From: Kiritimatiellia bacterium
GTDB taxonomy: Bacteria; Verrucomicrobiota; Kiritimatiellia; JAAZAB01
Assembly (NCBI GenBank): GCA_040767085.1
Contig: JAXGPF010000004.1
Location: 1 to 64,000 of the forward strand
DNA length: 64,000 nucleotides
Direction of reading: 5' to 3'
Shown here: in pieces, positions 39,341 through 50,434 of the stretch
How positions within the stretch are numbered: position 1 is the stretch's first letter
How the letters are laid out: every line of letters starts with the position of its first letter
Program-made: the position numbers and the translations under genes
The notes under the pieces: generated by a model
The model's input: the letters and a program-made list of their open reading frames with translations, nothing else
What the model was told of the DNA's origin: nothing
The model's database searches: none

Positions 39341-40125
39341 TATATCGTACTGCCGTCAATATTGCCCACCTTGATCTGCAGGTTGCGGCGCTCTTCCAGG
39401 CGTTCCACCAGACCGTCGCGTATCCACAGGATGCGGTCCGACACGTCCAGCATTTTCATGTCATGCGTGGCGGAAATCACAGTGATATTCTCCGTGGTCT
39501 TCAAATGCACCAGCAGATCAATCATTTCCTTGCCCGTGTGCACATCCAGATTGGCCGTCGGCTCATCCGCCAGAATGATCACCGGATCGTTGGCAATGGC
39601 CCGGGCGACGGCTACGCGCTGCTGCTGGCCGCCGGAGAGTTCGTACGGACGGTGAAAAATCCGCTGTCCCAGGCCGACCTTGCGCAGGATTTCCACGCCC
39701 TTGTCGCGGGCATCGTCCGCGGACATGCCCGCAAAAATCATCGGCAAGGTGACGTTTTCCAGGGCGGTTAAAACGGGCAGGATGTTGTAGGACTGGAAGA
39801 TATACCCGATTTTATGGCAGCGCATCCAGGCCAGTTCAAACGAATCCAGTTGCGCAACGTCAATCTCATCGATGAACACCATGCCTTCGGTCGGCGAGTC
39901 AATGCCGCCGATCATGTTGAAGAGGGTGGATTTGCCCGAGCCGGAGGGGCCCATGATGGACAGGTATTCGCCGCGGTAAACATCCAGGGTGATGCCGTCC
40001 AACGCCTTGGTCACCGTATCGCCGGAGCCGTAATACCGCTTGACATCCATTGCCCGGATAACCAGATCGCGGGCGGCGGGCGCCGCTGGCGATAGATTTT
40101 CATCGACCCTGGCTATTTCCGGCAT
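39340..40125 (-). CDS. ABC ATPase (LolD/MacB-type), paralogue of 27520-28260
   Basis: [33 protein letters not shown]. Confidence 0.95.
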   Translation of the reverse strand: MPEIARVDENLSPAAPAARDLVIRAMDVKRYYGSGDTVTKALDGITLDVYRGEYLSIMGPSGSGKSTLFNMIGGIDSPTEGMVFIDEIDVAQLDSFELAWMRCHKIGYIFQSYNILPVLTALENVTLPMIFAGMSADDARDKGVEILRKVGLGQRIFHRPYELSGGQQQRVAVARAIANDPVIILADEPTANLDVHTGKEMIDLLVHLKTTENITVISATHDMKMLDVSDRILWIRDGLVERLEERRNLQIKVGNIDGSTI

Positions 40126-40330
40126 TACAACCTCAAAAAAACCCGTGAAGGGAAATGATTATCCAAAACGCATGGGGATAAAATTTAGCGGAATCAGCCG
40201 GGCGGCGCAAGTAATTTTTTTAATATTTTTCCGGCGCCGGCCCGGGCGCGCGAATAAATCTTTACAGCGGCGGGTGCGGTTGGCATAATCGGTTGAAATT
40301 TTAAAACATACTCTCGCGGGAGCACACGCC

Positions 40331-41134
40331 ATGATGATCGGAAAACATGTTCGCTTGGAACGCATAATCAACCGGCAGACCGGGAAGACCGTGATTGTCC
40401 CCATGGACCACGGGGTCACCGTCGGGCCCATCCCCGGCCTGATTGACATGAAATCGGCCGTGAACCAGGTCGTGGAAGGCGGCGCCAACGCCATCATCGA
40501 ACACAAGGGCATGGTGCGCGCCGGCCACCGCCAGTCGGGCAAGGATATCGGACTGATGATCCACATGTCGGCCAGCACCAGCCTCTCGCCGCACCCCACC
40601 GGGAAAGTGCTGGTCTGCACGGTCGAGGAAGCCATCCAGATGGGCGCCGACGGCGTTTCGATCCAGGTCAACCTGGGCGCGCCGTCGGACGATGAAATGC
40701 TGGAGCACTTCGGCGAAGTGTCCCGGCGCTGCACGCAATGGGGCATGCCGCTGCTGGTGATGCTTTACACGCGCGGCGAAAAAATCCGCAACGAGTACGA
40801 CACCGCCTGCGTCAAGCACGCGGCGCGCGTGGGCGCGGAAATCGGCGCGGATATCGTCAAGGTCAATTATACCGGTTCCCCGCAATCCTTTGCAGAGGTC
40901 ACCGCCGGCTGTCCCGTGCCGGTGGTGATCGCCGGGGGCGAGAAGATGGAGTCGGACGAGGACATCCTGCGCATGGTGGAAGGCGCCATGCAGGCCGGCG
41001 CCGCCGGGGTTTCGATCGGACGCAACGTCTTCCAGCATGCCAATCCGACGCGCATGGTCGCCGCCATCAGCCGGGTGGTGCACAATAACGTCACAGCGCG
41101 CGAAGCGGCGGCTTTCCTGAGGAGCGCGCCATGA
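40331..41134 (+). CDS. aroA': 2-amino-3,7-dideoxy-D-threo-hept-6-ulosonate synthase (class I aldolase)
   Basis: [42 protein letters not shown]; coupled to DHQ synthase II. Confidence 0.88.
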   Translation: MMIGKHVRLERIINRQTGKTVIVPMDHGVTVGPIPGLIDMKSAVNQVVEGGANAIIEHKGMVRAGHRQSGKDIGLMIHMSASTSLSPHPTGKVLVCTVEEAIQMGADGVSIQVNLGAPSDDEMLEHFGEVSRRCTQWGMPLLVMLYTRGEKIRNEYDTACVKHAARVGAEIGADIVKVNYTGSPQSFAEVTAGCPVPVVIAGGEKMESDEDILRMVEGAMQAGAAGVSIGRNVFQHANPTRMVAAISRVVHNNVTAREAAAFLRSAP

Positions 41135-42123
41135 AACAAGCCTGGGTGCAGATTGCTCCCTGGGACCAGGAACTGGCCATCGCCGCCCTGGAAGCCGGCG
41201 CCGATGCGCTGGTGCTGAATCCGGGCGACGGCGAGAGAGCGCGCGCGCTGGGCCGCATCGCGATTGTCGCGGAAGACGGCGACATCGTTCCCGGCCGCGA
41301 CCTGCTGGTGTTCGACATCGATTCCAAGGCCGGCGAGGAACGCGCCGCGCGCGCGCCGCGCGAGGCCATGCTCCTGCTGCGCATGCGCGACTGGACCATC
41401 ATCCCCCTGGAAAACCTGCTGGCGCAGCGCAATCGCCTGCTGGTCGAAGTGCGCAATGCCGATGAGGCCCGCACTATGCTGGGCGTGCTGGAAAAGGGCG
41501 TGGACGGCGTGGTGATTGCCGGCGCCGACCCGGCGGCCGTGCGCCGGATAGTCGCCCTGGTCCACGATTGCACACCGCCGGTGGCATTGCAAACGGCGGT
41601 CGTCACCCGCATTCAACCCAGCGGCATGGGCGACCGCGTCTGCATTGACACCTGCTCGCGGATGAGCCCGGGCGAAGGCATGCTGGTCGGCAACACCAGC
41701 AGCGCCTTTTTCCTCGTGCACGCCGAAACGCTGGAGAATCCCTATGTTGCCGCCCGGCCCTTCCGCGTCAATGCCGGCCCCGTGCACGCCTACCTGCTGC
41801 GGCCGGAGAATCGCACCGCTTACCTCTCCGACCTGCGCACCGGCGACGCGGTGATGATTGTCAATGCCCGGGGCGAAGGGCGCGTGGCGCACATCGGCCG
41901 CTGCAAGGTGGAAGCCCGCCCCATGCTGCTGGTTTTCGCCGAGATCGCGGGCCAGGAAATTTCCGTTTACCTGCAGAACGCCGAGACCATTAACCTCACG
42001 CGGCCCGGCGGCGAGCCGGTATCCGTCGCCAAACTGCAACCCGGCGATGAAGTGCTGGTGCGCCTGGAAACCGCCGGACGCCATTTCGGCATGCCGATCC
42101 AGGAAACACTGGCGGAGAAATAA
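41131..42123 (+). CDS. aroB': 3-dehydroquinate synthase II
   Basis: [55 protein letters not shown]...EK. Confidence 0.93.
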   Translation: MKQAWVQIAPWDQELAIAALEAGADALVLNPGDGERARALGRIAIVAEDGDIVPGRDLLVFDIDSKAGEERAARAPREAMLLLRMRDWTIIPLENLLAQRNRLLVEVRNADEARTMLGVLEKGVDGVVIAGADPAAVRRIVALVHDCTPPVALQTAVVTRIQPSGMGDRVCIDTCSRMSPGEGMLVGNTSSAFFLVHAETLENPYVAARPFRVNAGPVHAYLLRPENRTAYLSDLRTGDAVMIVNARGEGRVAHIGRCKVEARPMLLVFAEIAGQEISVYLQNAETINLTRPGGEPVSVAKLQPGDEVLVRLETAGRHFGMPIQETLAEK

Positions 42124-42144
42124 GCCGCGGCGCCCGGCGCGCAA

Positions 42145-43719
<1,575 letters not shown>

Positions 43720-43728
43720 AATGTGACA

Positions 43729-45039
43729 CTAATTTTTTTCAGCGCCAGCCGGCACGGGCCGCGGCGGCGCCAGGAAGCGCCAGGCCGCCACCAGGCATAC
43801 CAGGAACGTCAGAATCTGCAGGGCCAGACTCCACCAGTTGGGCGCATAACGCAAAACCACTTCGTGCAGGCCCGGCCCAACCAGCACGCCCTGGAAGAGA
43901 TAATCCACCCGGCGCACCGGCGCCGGCGCGTCATCCACCCAGGCGCGCCAGGCCGGATCGTATTTTTCCGAGACACGCAAGATGCAGGCAGCCGGCGCGG
44001 AAACGCTCAGGCGCATGTACCCGGGCCGATAGGCCACGCGCTGCACCAGCCCCGTCATACCGGCGCCGGCAGGCGCCGGCAGGCCGGCGGCATGTTCCGG
44101 CGCCACCAGGGCTTCCTGGAACAACGGGTGGCTGTCGGCAGCCAGCAGGGCAAGCGCCTCCGCATCCGGCACAGCGCGCCAGCCGGTGATCAGCGTGTAC
44201 CGCGGCGCCGGCGCTTGCAAGCGCAGGACGGCATGCTGGCCGGGCTGCTCCTGCGTGGCTGGCGCCACCGCCACGCCCATGCCTTCGGAACCGGGCGCCA
44301 CATTATAAGCATACACCAGGTCGAACGCTTCGCGCATGGCCGGATTGTTGCGGATTTCCACCCAAAAAGGCGCCGGCCCGAGCACATATCCCACTGCCAT
44401 CAGCTGCCAGAAACGCACGGGGTTCCTTCCCACGGCTTCCAGGAAATTTTTATAATCGTTCGGCATGCGCGGCATCTGCGCCACATTGACCGCCCGGATA
44501 TTATGGTGCGGGAACAGATACGTCAGCCAGAAATTGTAAAACCCATCCTGCGCCGCCAGGGCAACGCGCCGGTCGGGCTGATCGGCCCGCAGCAGGCGCA
44601 CCACGTCGTTTTCCGCCAGGGCCGACAGCGGCATGGTCTTGATGTAATGGCGTGAAAGCCACAATGCATCGGCAGCCACCAGTAAAACCAGGACCCAGGC
44701 CGCGGCGCGCAACCGCCGGCCGGCGCCGGCGCGCCCCCAGACCGACAGGGCCATAAAGCCCGCCGCGGCGGCGGTCATCCCGGCGGCATGCCACAAGGCG
44801 ACGACTTTATTGCGCACAATCACCGCCGCCAGCCCCCCGGGCCATTGCAGCGCCAGCCGGTTGGTTTCGACGGCGCTTTCAGCCGAGGCGAACATGGCCC
44901 ATAACGCCAGCACACCGGCCGCCCCGGCCAGTGTCCAGATAAAGTAACGCACCCAGGCGGGAACGGCGGTTGGGATGGGCGGTGGATTGGCGGGCAAGGC
45001 GGCGTCCAGCCGCGGGGATTTATTCAGTTTTTTACGCAT
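43729..45039 (-). CDS. YfhO-like membrane protein, C-terminal part only
   Basis: Few N-terminal TMs, SEKYDPAWRAWVD...VDYLFQGV.V.PG.HEV.LRY C-terminus; shorter than typical family members. Confidence 0.65.
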   Translation of the reverse strand: MRKKLNKSPRLDAALPANPPPIPTAVPAWVRYFIWTLAGAAGVLALWAMFASAESAVETNRLALQWPGGLAAVIVRNKVVALWHAAGMTAAAAGFMALSVWGRAGAGRRLRAAAWVLVLLVAADALWLSRHYIKTMPLSALAENDVVRLLRADQPDRRVALAAQDGFYNFWLTYLFPHHNIRAVNVAQMPRMPNDYKNFLEAVGRNPVRFWQLMAVGYVLGPAPFWVEIRNNPAMREAFDLVYAYNVAPGSEGMGVAVAPATQEQPGQHAVLRLQAPAPRYTLITGWRAVPDAEALALLAADSHPLFQEALVAPEHAAGLPAPAGAGMTGLVQRVAYRPGYMRLSVSAPAACILRVSEKYDPAWRAWVDDAPAPVRRVDYLFQGVLVGPGLHEVVLRYAPNWWSLALQILTFLVCLVAAWRFLAPPRPVPAGAEKN

Positions 45040-45122
45040 ATACGCTCATTTCTTTAAAACCTTTCGTTCCTGCCACGCAAGGCGGCAGGGGACGATTTTT
45101 GAAATTGGCTCGTAGTCAAGGG

Positions 45123-45258
45123 AAACCTCTGCCCCTTTGCCCCTTTGATCCTTTACCCCTTCTGATTTAACCACGAAGAGCACGAAGGAGGAGCGGAAAT
45201 TAATGTGTGTGGTTAGATGGGTGTGTGTATGCCTGCCCCTTTGATCCTTTGCCCCTCA
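45123..45258. repeat. Two GCCCCTTT/GATCCTTT octamer arrays
   Basis: 45123-45162 and 45235-45258, period 8. Confidence 0.8.
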
Positions 45259-45276
45259 GTGTTCCATGTTCTGACA

Positions 45277-45324
45277 TAACACCTTAACACCTTAAAACCT
45301 TAACACCTTAACACCTTAAAACAT
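45277..45324. repeat. Six-copy TAA(C/A)ACCT octamer tandem repeat
   Basis: TAACACCT TAACACCT TAAAACCT TAACACCT TAACACCT TAAAACAT. Confidence 0.9.
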
Positions 45325-45347
45325 CCAAAACGTTAGTTTTGGAAACA

Positions 45348-47690
45348 TCATTCCACCGCCACGGCATCCGCGCCGACCTGAAACACCCGGCGATAGACCA
45401 CAAACCCGGCCTTGGAGGGCCAGGGCGCCGACGGACGCAAGGCGATCGCCTGGGACTGGATATCCACGAAGGCATTCGGCTCCATCCAGACGTAAGGTTC
45501 CTCCGGCGGCCCCTTGCACCCGGTGCCGCCGACTTTCGCCCACTGCCGGTCGTCATAATCCGGCGTCCACCAGGCGCCGGCCGGGTTGACCGCATGCCGC
45601 CAATCCGGCGTGGTGTAAACCGCACCCGGATGCATTTTCAAATACAATTGCATCCAATCCGGGTAATTCTGAAACCGGCACTGCACCGCCAGCACATGCC
45701 GGCCGGGTGGAAGCTCCAGGGCCTTGACCGCCAGTTTTTCCGCCGGCAACGCTTCCAGCACCACCGCCCCATCCAGGAAAACGCGCGCGGCCATGTTGGC
45801 ATTGAACCCCAGCAGCGCGCCGGCAGGTTGGTCGAAATAATCCAGCAGCATGCGCGCCTGGTGGTGGGCCGGCGAATCTTCCGGTTCCGCCAGCAAGCCG
45901 GCCAGCGCCGGTTTGGCCGCCGCGGCGCCTTCCAGCCGCTCCAGGTAAGCCGCCTGGCGCGCTCTGAGCACGGCGGTGAAAGGGAATCCCTCGTTGCGCG
46001 CCAGAAAACCGTCAATATACTCGCAGGCCGCGGCGTAATCGCCGAACCGCTCGAAGTTCAGCAATTTCGTCATGACGGTGACCTTGTCCATGACATCGTC
46101 CGGCGGCTGGCGTTCCGGCGGCGGCGGCAGCGTTTTGCCTGCCGGCTGGGGTCGGTCGAGGTAATACCATGCCAGGCTTTCAAAAACGCCGTGGCTGGCA
46201 TGATCCGGGCCGCGTTCGAAAATCATGCGGAACGATTTTTGGAAATTGACCGCATCCGGCAAATGCACCCGGTACTGCACCGTGCGGAAAAAGGTCTTGT
46301 AAAGCAACCCGTGCAGCGGCCGGACCAGGACATTCTGGTAATACCAGCCGCCGGTGAAATAATCCTCCAGGCCCGTGCCGCGCCAGAACGGTTGCAACTC
46401 GCCGTCGCGCCACATGAACTCATCGCCTTCCAGCAGCCAGAAACTGTTGTCGAAGGACACCGCCCCCACCAGGCAGCCGCCGAACCGGCCGCGGCCCTGC
46501 GTTTCCAGCACGACATGCGGGCGCCCGACGTCATCCTGGCCGGACTTGTTCCAAATGGCGTGAAAATATCCCCGGGCGGGGTCCGGCGCGGCCATCGTTT
46601 CGACAAACCACTGCACCCGGGCCGCCAACGGGAATGCCGATTGATTATCGAGTTCCAGTTCCGCGCTGGCGGCAAACGGCATGGGAAAGCGGCAGGACCA
46701 TGTGTTATTGGTCATTCCGAAAAACAGGCTCTGATAACGCGCGCGCTGCCAGACGCTGCCGCCGAAATCGCCCAGCGGCGCCAGGACGCTGGGCTCAGGC
46801 AACCCATCCCAGTAAATGCGCAGCGCCACATCGCGCAGCAGCCGCTCGCGGGCGGCCGCATCAGGCAGGGCCGCAAAATCCGGCGTAATCCGTAATTCCC
46901 GCAAAACCGCCGGACCGGCAACCGCCGGCAGGCGGCAGGCCTTACCCGGCTCCGCCTGCGCCTTCGCGGAAGTCTCCGTCAAAGGCCGGCCGGCCGCCGC
47001 CGCGACACCTTCCGGCTGGCGCCACTGCGCCGCAACTTTTTCCAGCGCCGCCAGGGCCGGCGGCGCCAGCGGCAGGCTGAAAGAAGCAACCGTCCGATCC
47101 GGCGGCAGAGGCGCGGCATTGATTTGATAAAACAGGCGCGGCCAGCCGCCTTCCTTCGTGGCGCCCGCCTCCGCCATGATTACCAGGCGTTTGCGGTACG
47201 TCAGCGGCACATAATTGTAATAGCAACAATTTTCATAGGCCGCCAGCGGCGGGCGGAAAGGGTCCATGCCGCCGCAGAATTCGCCGACCGCGGCATCGAT
47301 CCGCGGCGTTTTTTCATTATCGAAAAACAACCGGATGCGATGCGGCGGCTCGCCGCCGGTGAACCAGAACCGGGAAACATAGCCCGGCCCCTTCAAGTCC
47401 GCCAGGACCCACCAGCCGGGCGGGCCCGGCCGGAGGTAGTTGTTAAAATCGTTGTTCCCGCCGGCCGGGTCGGTGGAAGCGGTAAACTGCGTGTCGGGGA
47501 CATCCAGGCGGCTGATGAAATCATGGTCCGCCAGCCGGGAAATTAAATCGGACAGTTCCACCGGCTGCCGGGGCCGGCAGCCGCAACCGGACCAGGCCAG
47601 CCCGCATGCCAGCGCCGCAAGCGCCAAAAACCTGCACCCCCGCATGGCATGGCAGCACGGCGGCAGGATTAATTTAGACGAATTTTGCAT
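45348..47690 (-). CDS. DUF2961 (GH172-like) putative glycoside hydrolase lipoprotein
   Basis: Tandem GPG.V.RFW / GPAVLREL..LRIYWDG..EPSV.APLGDF, FPMPF, EGDE, GTGLEDYF motifs; signal/lipobox SGC; start approximate. Confidence 0.8.
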   Translation of the reverse strand: MQNSSKLILPPCCHAMRGCRFLALAALACGLAWSGCGCRPRQPVELSDLISRLADHDFISRLDVPDTQFTASTDPAGGNNDFNNYLRPGPPGWWVLADLKGPGYVSRFWFTGGEPPHRIRLFFDNEKTPRIDAAVGEFCGGMDPFRPPLAAYENCCYYNYVPLTYRKRLVIMAEAGATKEGGWPRLFYQINAAPLPPDRTVASFSLPLAPPALAALEKVAAQWRQPEGVAAAAGRPLTETSAKAQAEPGKACRLPAVAGPAVLRELRITPDFAALPDAAARERLLRDVALRIYWDGLPEPSVLAPLGDFGGSVWQRARYQSLFFGMTNNTWSCRFPMPFAASAELELDNQSAFPLAARVQWFVETMAAPDPARGYFHAIWNKSGQDDVGRPHVVLETQGRGRFGGCLVGAVSFDNSFWLLEGDEFMWRDGELQPFWRGTGLEDYFTGGWYYQNVLVRPLHGLLYKTFFRTVQYRVHLPDAVNFQKSFRMIFERGPDHASHGVFESLAWYYLDRPQPAGKTLPPPPERQPPDDVMDKVTVMTKLLNFERFGDYAAACEYIDGFLARNEGFPFTAVLRARQAAYLERLEGAAAAKPALAGLLAEPEDSPAHHQARMLLDYFDQPAGALLGFNANMAARVFLDGAVVLEALPAEKLAVKALELPPGRHVLAVQCRFQNYPDWMQLYLKMHPGAVYTTPDWRHAVNPAGAWWTPDYDDRQWAKVGGTGCKGPPEEPYVWMEPNAFVDIQSQAIALRPSAPWPSKAGFVVYRRVFQVGADAVAVE

Positions 47691-47780
47691 GGCGCGTTTA
47701 ACTTGATCGTTGTGGGCCACCTGTAATGAATTAAAGGATAGCGTAATGCCCCACCCCGGTCAATCTTCAGTTTCTGCATT

Positions 47781-47828
47781 GCCCCTCTGCCCCTCTTGGC
47801 CTTCGCCTCTTTAAGTCTCTGCCCCTGA
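47781..47828. repeat. GCCCCTCT-type octamer array
   Basis: GCCCCTCT GCCCCTCT TGGCCTTC GCCTCTTT AAGTCTCT GCCCCTGA. Confidence 0.65.
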
Positions 47829-47835
47829 TCCTGCT

Positions 47836-49872
47836 TCAGCCACTCGGTGCCTGCGTCAATTCCGCGGCCATGGCGTCGCTGATCCCGCCGTGCCGGGCGA
47901 TGCGCAGGATGGCATCGCGCGCCGACGCCCGCGCCACCCCGGCGAGCATGTTCTTTTGCAACACCTGCACCAGTTCGGGATGGCGGTATGACAGGGCCTG
48001 TAGTTGACGTGTCGCCGCCGACCGGCGGTCGTCGTAAAAACGCCGGGCGGACTCGACATCCTTTTCCGCCAGCCGGTGCAATTCCGCCAGATGCGGCAAC
48101 TCTGCGATCACCTGCGCGCAAGCCACCGCCAGGCCGCAATGATATTGATACTCTTCGGACAGCAAACGCAGCAGCACATCCTTGCCGGAGGCCCGCAAGG
48201 CCTGTTCCGGCATCCGCATCATCGTGCGGTACATCCAGCGCTTCTCCAGGGGATGCGTCGGCGGCAGCACATCCGGCGGCCGGCCCAGATTGAGATCCTC
48301 GCTGCGGCGTTCGGCCTCGCGATCCAACCGCCGCAAAACGTTGCCGCCGACTACGCCCTCCTCCATCAGGGAGCGCAAGGCCTGTAGTTCAATATTATTG
48401 AGCTGCAGCCAGAACATCCGCAATTTGCCGGTATCCGGCTCCAACGCATGGGCCGCGCGCAATTTCTGGATTTCACCTTCCGTGGCTGCCAGGGCGCTGT
48501 GCAATTTCTGTTCCAAGGCCTGGCGAACCTGCGCATTGGCGTCGGGCCAATCCCGCGCCAAGCCCTGCAAACTCGCGCGCTGCGCCGCCAGCTGGGCATT
48601 CAAACGGATCAATTCCTCGGCCGGCGACCGCCGATTCAACTTTAACCAGCGGATCAGGGGGCCGATGGTGGTGCCCTGCGCCAGCAGGGTAAACAACACT
48701 ACGCCCAGGGTCAGCCCGATGATAATCTGCCGGTCCGGGAAGTCTTGCTCGAGGCTGACGGCCAATCCGATCGGCAGGGCGCCGCGCAATCCGCCCCAGA
48801 AGATCACCGCCTGGTTGCGCCAGTCCACCGGCACCACCCGCGGCAGGCGGTTGATCATGGGCGCCATGCCAAACACGACCGCCAGCCGCGCCACGGTGAT
48901 GGCCAGCACCGCCACTAGAATATAAGGCAGGAAATTCATTTCCCGGAAGAGCACCTGCAATAGCCGCCATTCCGTCAGCCCCAGCAACAGAAACACGAAA
49001 CTATTGGCGGCAAAGGCGGCATAGCCCCAGAAATGCCGCATGTACTCGCGCACTTCCGGGGTGAACCGGGTGGAGCCATGCCAACTGACCACCAGCCCCG
49101 CGCCCACCGTGGCCATGACGCCCGAAACGTTCAGGTAATAATTGGCCAGCAGGAATGACGCATAGGCCACCACCGTGCTGAAGGCGATCGTCACCAGGGG
49201 ATCGTTGTCCATCAGATTGATCATGCGCACCATCAGCCAGCCAACCACCGCGCCCACCAGCGTGCCGCCGGCAAACACGGCAACAAACTTCACGCCGGCC
49301 ATGGCCGTCACGCCGACCGTCAGGGCGCCGCCGGCCACCAGGCCGCAGATGATCTGGAAGGCCACCATGGCGGTGGCGTCATTGAACAGGCTTTCGCCAT
49401 CCACCAGCATGGTGAGGCGTCGCGGCGCGCCCAGTTCGCGGAAGAGGGCGATCACCGAAACCGGGTCGGTGGCGGAAATCAGCGCGCCGAAGGCCAGCGC
49501 CGGCCACAGCGTCATGGGCGTCAGCCACACCATCAATCCGCCCGTGATCAGCATGGCCACCAGCAGGCCGGGCGCCGCCAGCATCAGGGTTGGCGACAGG
49601 TTGTGGATCAGCAGGCGGATATCGATGTTGACGGCGGCGTCAAAAATCAGCGCCGGCAGCAGCACGTAGAGAATAAGATTCGGCGTGATGTTGAACCCGG
49701 TCAGCGGCGCCAGCATCTTGAAATAGCCCGCCAGGCCGCCCACAAGGATGCCGATCACCACCAGTCCGATGGTATAAGGAAATTTCAGGCGTCTGAGAAA
49801 AATTGCCGACAAGGCCGCCAAACCCAGAAAGGCCACCAGGCACGCCACTTCCACCACGGAAACATCCGCCAT
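47836..49872 (-). CDS. Na+/H+ antiporter, CPA1 (NhaP) family with long C-terminal domain
   Basis: LLPALIFDA, SATDPVSV, GESLFND, WGGLRGA. Confidence 0.92.
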   Translation of the reverse strand: MADVSVVEVACLVAFLGLAALSAIFLRRLKFPYTIGLVVIGILVGGLAGYFKMLAPLTGFNITPNLILYVLLPALIFDAAVNIDIRLLIHNLSPTLMLAAPGLLVAMLITGGLMVWLTPMTLWPALAFGALISATDPVSVIALFRELGAPRRLTMLVDGESLFNDATAMVAFQIICGLVAGGALTVGVTAMAGVKFVAVFAGGTLVGAVVGWLMVRMINLMDNDPLVTIAFSTVVAYASFLLANYYLNVSGVMATVGAGLVVSWHGSTRFTPEVREYMRHFWGYAAFAANSFVFLLLGLTEWRLLQVLFREMNFLPYILVAVLAITVARLAVVFGMAPMINRLPRVVPVDWRNQAVIFWGGLRGALPIGLAVSLEQDFPDRQIIIGLTLGVVLFTLLAQGTTIGPLIRWLKLNRRSPAEELIRLNAQLAAQRASLQGLARDWPDANAQVRQALEQKLHSALAATEGEIQKLRAAHALEPDTGKLRMFWLQLNNIELQALRSLMEEGVVGGNVLRRLDREAERRSEDLNLGRPPDVLPPTHPLEKRWMYRTMMRMPEQALRASGKDVLLRLLSEEYQYHCGLAVACAQVIAELPHLAELHRLAEKDVESARRFYDDRRSAATRQLQALSYRHPELVQVLQKNMLAGVARASARDAILRIARHGGISDAMAAELTQAPSG

Positions 49873-49998
49873 AATTGTCTCCTTTCGCTTGCCGAGCAAT
49901 CGTCAGGGGTAAAATACCATAATGACGGCGGCCGACAATGCAAATCTTCTGATTGACATGCCGCTGGATCGGATTAAATTATCCGGGATTCCGATATC

Positions 49999-50074
49999 GG
50001 GCGATTAGCTCAGTTGGCAGAGCGCCACCTTTACACGGTGGATGCCACAGGTTCAAGTCCTGTATCGCCCACCA
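49999..50074 (+). tRNA. tRNA-Val (TAC)
   Basis: GGGCGATTAGCTCAGTTGGCAGAGCGCCACCTTTACACGGTGGATGCCACAGGTTCAAGTCCTGTATCGCCCACCA; TTGACA...TAAATT promoter at 49953-49980. Confidence 0.97.
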
Positions 50075-50314
50075 TGCAGAACCTTGCGTGGTTCCCACGA
50101 CAAGCGTCACGGCAAGGGGCGCATCAATTGTTGCAGCGCCACGGTGTGCCCGGCGCAACCCGACGAAGCGCGATGTGGCGCAATCCAGCCCGAATGCCCG
50201 GCCATGCTGAAGCTGAAGCGGGCACGCCCTTCGCCCACTGCCGTTAAGGCGGCCAGGGTCGGGCTGGAGCCCGCAAAGCCCACCGGAGTAATTCCGAATA
50301 ATTCTGAAATTGAA

Positions 50315-50343
50315 TTGACATGGACGCCAACTTTCGCTATTGA
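50315..50343 (+). promoter_or_regulatory. Putative sigma-70 promoter of kinase-hydrogenase operon
   Basis: TTGACA-17 nt-TATTGA. Confidence 0.5.
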
Positions 50344-50434
50344 TCGCAGACGTTTTGCCCGGCCCGCGGAGGCGCCGCCCCAGGCGGGCGGGCCGGCCGC
50401 CGGAAAGCCGGGCAATTTTGGACGCGGTGCGTTT

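Noticed and set aside
49999-50074. Island integrated at tRNA-Val
   Set aside because: No integrase or duplicated tRNA 3' end noticed; downstream genes look native
50265-50300. c-di-GMP-I riboswitch (CGCAAAGCC)
   Set aside because: Upstream GGCAAACC/GAAA tetraloop half is missing
50042-50434. N-terminal extension of the kinase in the ORF track
   Set aside because: Begins inside tRNA-Val; real start likely ATG 50435 before the first TM helix
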